64,000 nucleotides of DNA, from positions 224,001-288,000 of the forward strand of contig CAVZMI010000021.1 in assembly GCA_963776275.1 (NCBI GenBank). Direction: 5' to 3'. The stretch comes from Ignavibacteriota bacterium. GTDB taxonomy: Bacteria; Bacteroidota; Ignavibacteria; UBA10030; CAVZMI01. Positions 60,425-64,000 of the stretch are shown in pieces (positions within the stretch are counted from its first letter, which is position 1; every line of letters starts with the position of its first letter). The notes beneath the pieces were generated by a model, which was given only the letters and a program-made list of their open reading frames with translations, had not been told where the DNA came from and searched no databases. The position numbers and the translations under genes were made by a program.

Positions 60425-61825
60425 CTATTGTACATAATTCATCGATTTGCTTTTAAGCCTTTTGATGCAATTAATAAGTGCTCGAGAAGTATGGTAGTTT
60501 CCCTTCCATATAGATCCCTTGGAGGAATATCTATTTTCGGGTACGATGTCCACACCACCCCAGTACCAACCTCCATATTCGTCATCAATAAGATACTTTT
60601 TACAATACTCCCACTGGATGCAGAATTTTTTGTAATATTCTTGTTTGTCATGTGGGAATAGATCCGACATCATCAGTAAAGAGTTCAGAGCTTCTACCTG
60701 TGCCCACCATTCTTTTGTGTTTCTTACGATCGACGCCTTATAATCATTGCCGGAATAAAATCCTCCGTCATAGATCCCTCCGCGATTCTGATCCCAACCA
60801 TTAGCCAGCACATGATCAACCATCTTCTTTGCAATGCTTAGCGTCGTAGTATCGTTCTTCAGCCCCAGTGTTTCCGAAGCTTCCAGAATCAAATAGGCTG
60901 TTTCCACATCATGGCCGAATGAAACATAATCAAATGGATGATTTTTCTCTCTTACGACAAAACTTGAATCCCGATAGGAAAAAGGAATCCAATCGGAACT
61001 GAAATACAGCAGCATGTATCCTTTATCGGTCGTAAAGGTATCACATATTATTTGCAGCATTGAATTAAGACGTTCTTTCAATTCCTGAACCGGCCATACC
61101 TTATAGAGTTCGGTAAAGCATTCAAGAAGATGAATCATAGAATTGTAGTCTTTAGGAGGAACACCTTCATATCCTTCTGTAAACGGAATTCCTTCTCGCG
61201 ACAAAAACTGAAAATAACCTCCATGCTTTGCATCATAGCTGTGCTCTTCAAGCCAATGAAAAGCCTCTTGGGCTAATCGCAATGCAGAAGTATCGCCGGA
61301 GATCTTAGAATATGCGGCTAATCCATAGATCGCAAAAGCGTTCCCGTATGCTCTTTTTATAATTTGTCCGTTCTCAGTAAGTGGTTCTCCATATCTATTG
61401 ACGAGATCGTAAAAGCCCCCATATTCTTGATCCCACATTTTGTGCTTAAGAAATTCGACACCATATCCGGCTATGCCACGAAGGACGTTGTCCTTTTGAT
61501 AGAACATTGCCGCATTCGCCGTTGACCACACATGGCGGGCCTGAGTCACAATCATCTTTTTCTGTTGGCCATCCAATTCCCATTTATAATTTATGTCGCT
61601 AAAAAAACCGCCGTATGAAGTATCGAGAGATAAAGGATACCACAAAGCTAACTCGGATTTGAGTACTTGCTCCATCTCAATGGCAATTGTATCACCGTCC
61701 ATCTTTAAAACAGGAAGCTGTTTCTCGGTCTTTACAACATCCTCCGTCGAGCACGAACAGAAAAAGAAAAATATAAAAAACGTCGTGATAAACGTAAGTG
61801 TCCTTTTTCTTTCAGAGGCATTCAT
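60425..61825 (-). CDS. Cellobiose 2-epimerase / AGE-family epimerase with putative lipoprotein signal
   Basis: TQARHVW, YGNAFAIYGL, NSMIHLLE, SFGHDVE, WWAQVE, WKGNYH. Confidence 0.88.
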   Translation of the reverse strand: MNASERKRTLTFITTFFIFFFFCSCSTEDVVKTEKQLPVLKMDGDTIAIEMEQVLKSELALWYPLSLDTSYGGFFSDINYKWELDGQQKKMIVTQARHVWSTANAAMFYQKDNVLRGIAGYGVEFLKHKMWDQEYGGFYDLVNRYGEPLTENGQIIKRAYGNAFAIYGLAAYSKISGDTSALRLAQEAFHWLEEHSYDAKHGGYFQFLSREGIPFTEGYEGVPPKDYNSMIHLLECFTELYKVWPVQELKERLNSMLQIICDTFTTDKGYMLLYFSSDWIPFSYRDSSFVVREKNHPFDYVSFGHDVETAYLILEASETLGLKNDTTTLSIAKKMVDHVLANGWDQNRGGIYDGGFYSGNDYKASIVRNTKEWWAQVEALNSLLMMSDLFPHDKQEYYKKFCIQWEYCKKYLIDDEYGGWYWGGVDIVPENRYSSKGSIWKGNYHTSRALINCIKRLKSKSMNYVQ

Positions 61826-61868
61826 AGCTATAATATAGTAAAGACCTGGTCTATGATGACATGATACA

Positions 61869-61909
61869 GGCTGGCCGGCAATAGTCTATATCACTTGCCG
61901 GCCGTGCCG
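61869..61909 (-). terminator. Intergenic hairpin
   Basis: GGCCGGCAA...TTGCCGGCC. Confidence 0.45.
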
Positions 61910-61940
61910 TGTCGATCAATTTTATCTTTATGGTCTGATA

Positions 61941-63998
61941 TTATTTAAGAAGTATCATTTTTTTGTTCGATGTGAAATCACCGGCTTCAAGGCGATATAA
62001 ATATACACCCGAAGCCATTGCACTGGCATTGAACTTGACAGTATAGAATCCCGCATCCAAATATTTATCAACAAGTGAGGCCACTTTTTCGCCCAGGATA
62101 TTATAAACCGTCAACTTTACATTGGAAGCCTTAATCAATGAGAAGTTAATGCTTGTCGTCGGGTTGAAGGGGTTCGGATAATTCTGGGATAAAGAATACG
62201 AGGTAGGCAATCCTCCATTCGCGATTTCAATATCTGTGGCTACAGGAAGTCCATATATGGAAATCTCTGCTATGGAATACGCTCCGCTCTTCGGTGCCAG
62301 CAGCGTGAATTTCACATATCTTCCCGTTCCTGTCAATTTGCTCAAGGTCTCTGTCCCGCCTTTGCCACTGGTGACAGTCCTGATTGTTGACCACTGACTC
62401 AGATCGTTTGATACTTTAACCATGTACTGAGTGGCATAGGCATTATTTGCCCAATGGATAATTATAGTGTTTATTGAATATGTTCTCTCTAAATCGAGTT
62501 GAACCCATTGTTGAATAGGCGCAACCTCTGCCTGCCATCTCGTAACGCTGTCTCCATCCACGATATTCTGCGGTTGGCTAAGATTATACGCTACAGTATC
62601 ATTCGAAGAAACCGTTACAACCGCACCACCGGCTCTGTTAACCTGGTCCGGTGGAGAAACCGGAATCGTTATTGTTATTGAATCCCGTTCATCGCCCTGT
62701 GTTACCAAGGAATAAGTATGGTGCTCCGAATCTGGATAGATAACCAATGTATCGATGACAGGAACGGCGTTGCCATTCAGAGTTACTGTAGAACCCTTGA
62801 CCACCTGCCAAATCAAATCTGCATTTTCTCCAATTCCAACCTGACTCGGAACAGCCTTGAATATCATAATCCTTCCGCTTGGAAGAACCGTAACAGTTAT
62901 ACTTGCAGTGTCATTCACGTCTCCGTAAGTAGTGAGCGTATATGTCGTAGTGACCAGGGGAGCGATTTTAATGCTGTCATTTTCCGAGACGCTATTCCCG
63001 TCCAGTTTTACATCAGAACCTAGTTGGACATCCCATACGATCTGAGTACTGTCGGTCTTTTGAATCGTACTCGGATTTGCATAGAATGCGTAGATGTTGC
63101 CTGTTCCCGGGTTAATAATAACATCTCTTTTGTGATTGTCGAACATATATTTCAATGATGTCCATGTGTCCGCCGCCGAACTGACTCCTCCAAAGTCAGT
63201 CCACGACCAGACGAGTGCGCCGGCGTACCCTGTATTATATAACGTTGGAATCAAATTGAGACTGCTTACGCCATCTTTGGCCTGCATGTGGAACTCGCCG
63301 ATGACTACCGGCTTATCCAATCCCCATGTGGAACAGGGATGAGTAAACGGAGAAAGCACAGTACTCAGGGGCGACATTATATAGTGTACGCAGTAAAAAT
63401 CCAGCGTTCCGAGACTATCATTACCTGCCGCTATCAATTCACTATTACTGTAGTAATTCTTATTTGCCAGAGGTTCGATTCTGGCAAGATAATTCAGGTA
63501 ATCTTCCACCGTAAGATTCAGCCTATGCAGCTTATTGAACTCGCTTACAAATTGCGCCTGCTGGCTGGTAGACCAATTAGCGAATCTGTCATGTGATGTC
63601 GTCGGTTCCTTCGCAAGGACATTGACATTTGTAAGAGTCTGAAAACTATTTGCTCCGGATGTCACAAGTGCTGTCGGGTCAGTCCTATGAATCGCCCCGG
63701 CCATGAGATTGACGCTCCTCTGAATACTTGCCATCGGGACGTGGTCACGCCCACCCCAGCCAAACTCGTTTGTAATGCCTTCCGGTTCATTGAAAATTTC
63801 CCAGGCAACAATCGCAGGATGACCTGCAACTGCACTTACCATGGGAATCAATGCGTTTCTGATATAGGCATTTGTATAGGCGGTGTCTGTCAGCAGTCTG
63901 GCGTTGCGATGCAGTTTTGCCGTATCCGTACCAAATTCAGATTGATTTAGCATGTCGTGTGACCACAGGCTAAGGATTAATCCGACATTATTCGCCTG
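61941..63998 (-). CDS. Clan GH-A (GH5-like) glycanase + Ig-like repeats + CBM32/F5-8 type C + T9SS CTD, 5'-truncated
   Basis: Frame open to the window edge; LWSHDML, WEIFNEPEG, VIGEF; VDGD.TRW, WVQLDL; QNYPNPFNP. Confidence 0.82.
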   Translation of the reverse strand, partial: QANNVGLILSLWSHDMLNQSEFGTDTAKLHRNARLLTDTAYTNAYIRNALIPMVSAVAGHPAIVAWEIFNEPEGITNEFGWGGRDHVPMASIQRSVNLMAGAIHRTDPTALVTSGANSFQTLTNVNVLAKEPTTSHDRFANWSTSQQAQFVSEFNKLHRLNLTVEDYLNYLARIEPLANKNYYSNSELIAAGNDSLGTLDFYCVHYIMSPLSTVLSPFTHPCSTWGLDKPVVIGEFHMQAKDGVSSLNLIPTLYNTGYAGALVWSWTDFGGVSSAADTWTSLKYMFDNHKRDVIINPGTGNIYAFYANPSTIQKTDSTQIVWDVQLGSDVKLDGNSVSENDSIKIAPLVTTTYTLTTYGDVNDTASITVTVLPSGRIMIFKAVPSQVGIGENADLIWQVVKGSTVTLNGNAVPVIDTLVIYPDSEHHTYSLVTQGDERDSITITIPVSPPDQVNRAGGAVVTVSSNDTVAYNLSQPQNIVDGDSVTRWQAEVAPIQQWVQLDLERTYSINTIIIHWANNAYATQYMVKVSNDLSQWSTIRTVTSGKGGTETLSKLTGTGRYVKFTLLAPKSGAYSIAEISIYGLPVATDIEIANGGLPTSYSLSQNYPNPFNPTTSINFSLIKASNVKLTVYNILGEKVASLVDKYLDAGFYTVKFNASAMASGVYLYRLEAGDFTSNKKMILLK

Positions 63999-64000
63999 CG

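Overview
Bacterial window, probably from an Ignavibacteria-like member of the Bacteroidota/Chlorobi group. This is inferred from the many T9SS type-A sorting domains of the QNYPNPFNP style and from TonB-dependent receptors without SusD. Layout: (1) 1-3.7 kb, tRNA cluster: a tRNA-Arg(TCT) copy interrupted by three hairpin insertions, an intact IS481-family element with a 7-bp target duplication, intact tRNA-Arg, tRNA-His, a 4x60-bp hairpin tandem array, a four-helix-bundle gene and tRNA-Glu. (2) 3.6-16.8 kb, an integrase-less island bounded by a duplicated tRNA-Glu 3' end, carrying a galactan utilisation locus (GH35, GH53, LacI, T9SS protein, TBDR, membrane-anchored regulator). (3) 17-29 kb: orphan AbiEii, ferritin, glgX, secreted proteins, GH3 and several MITE/REP-like elements. 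(4) 29-59 kb, a pectin/hexuronate cluster (CE8, UxaE, GH105, GH28, PL9, Gnd, LarA-family epimerase, two PfkB kinases, SDR, two ExuT, UxaC, DUF4861, KduI, Eda, KduD, T9SS protein, TBDR, GntR). (5) The end of a mannan/glucan-type locus. Seven small frameshifts split six genes and may be assembly errors. Best novelty candidates: tiny nested palindromic inserts that target tRNA arms and other hairpins, the repeated TBDR + T9SS-protein pair replacing SusC/SusD, and a galacturonate route via mannonate/gluconate into the pentose phosphate pathway.
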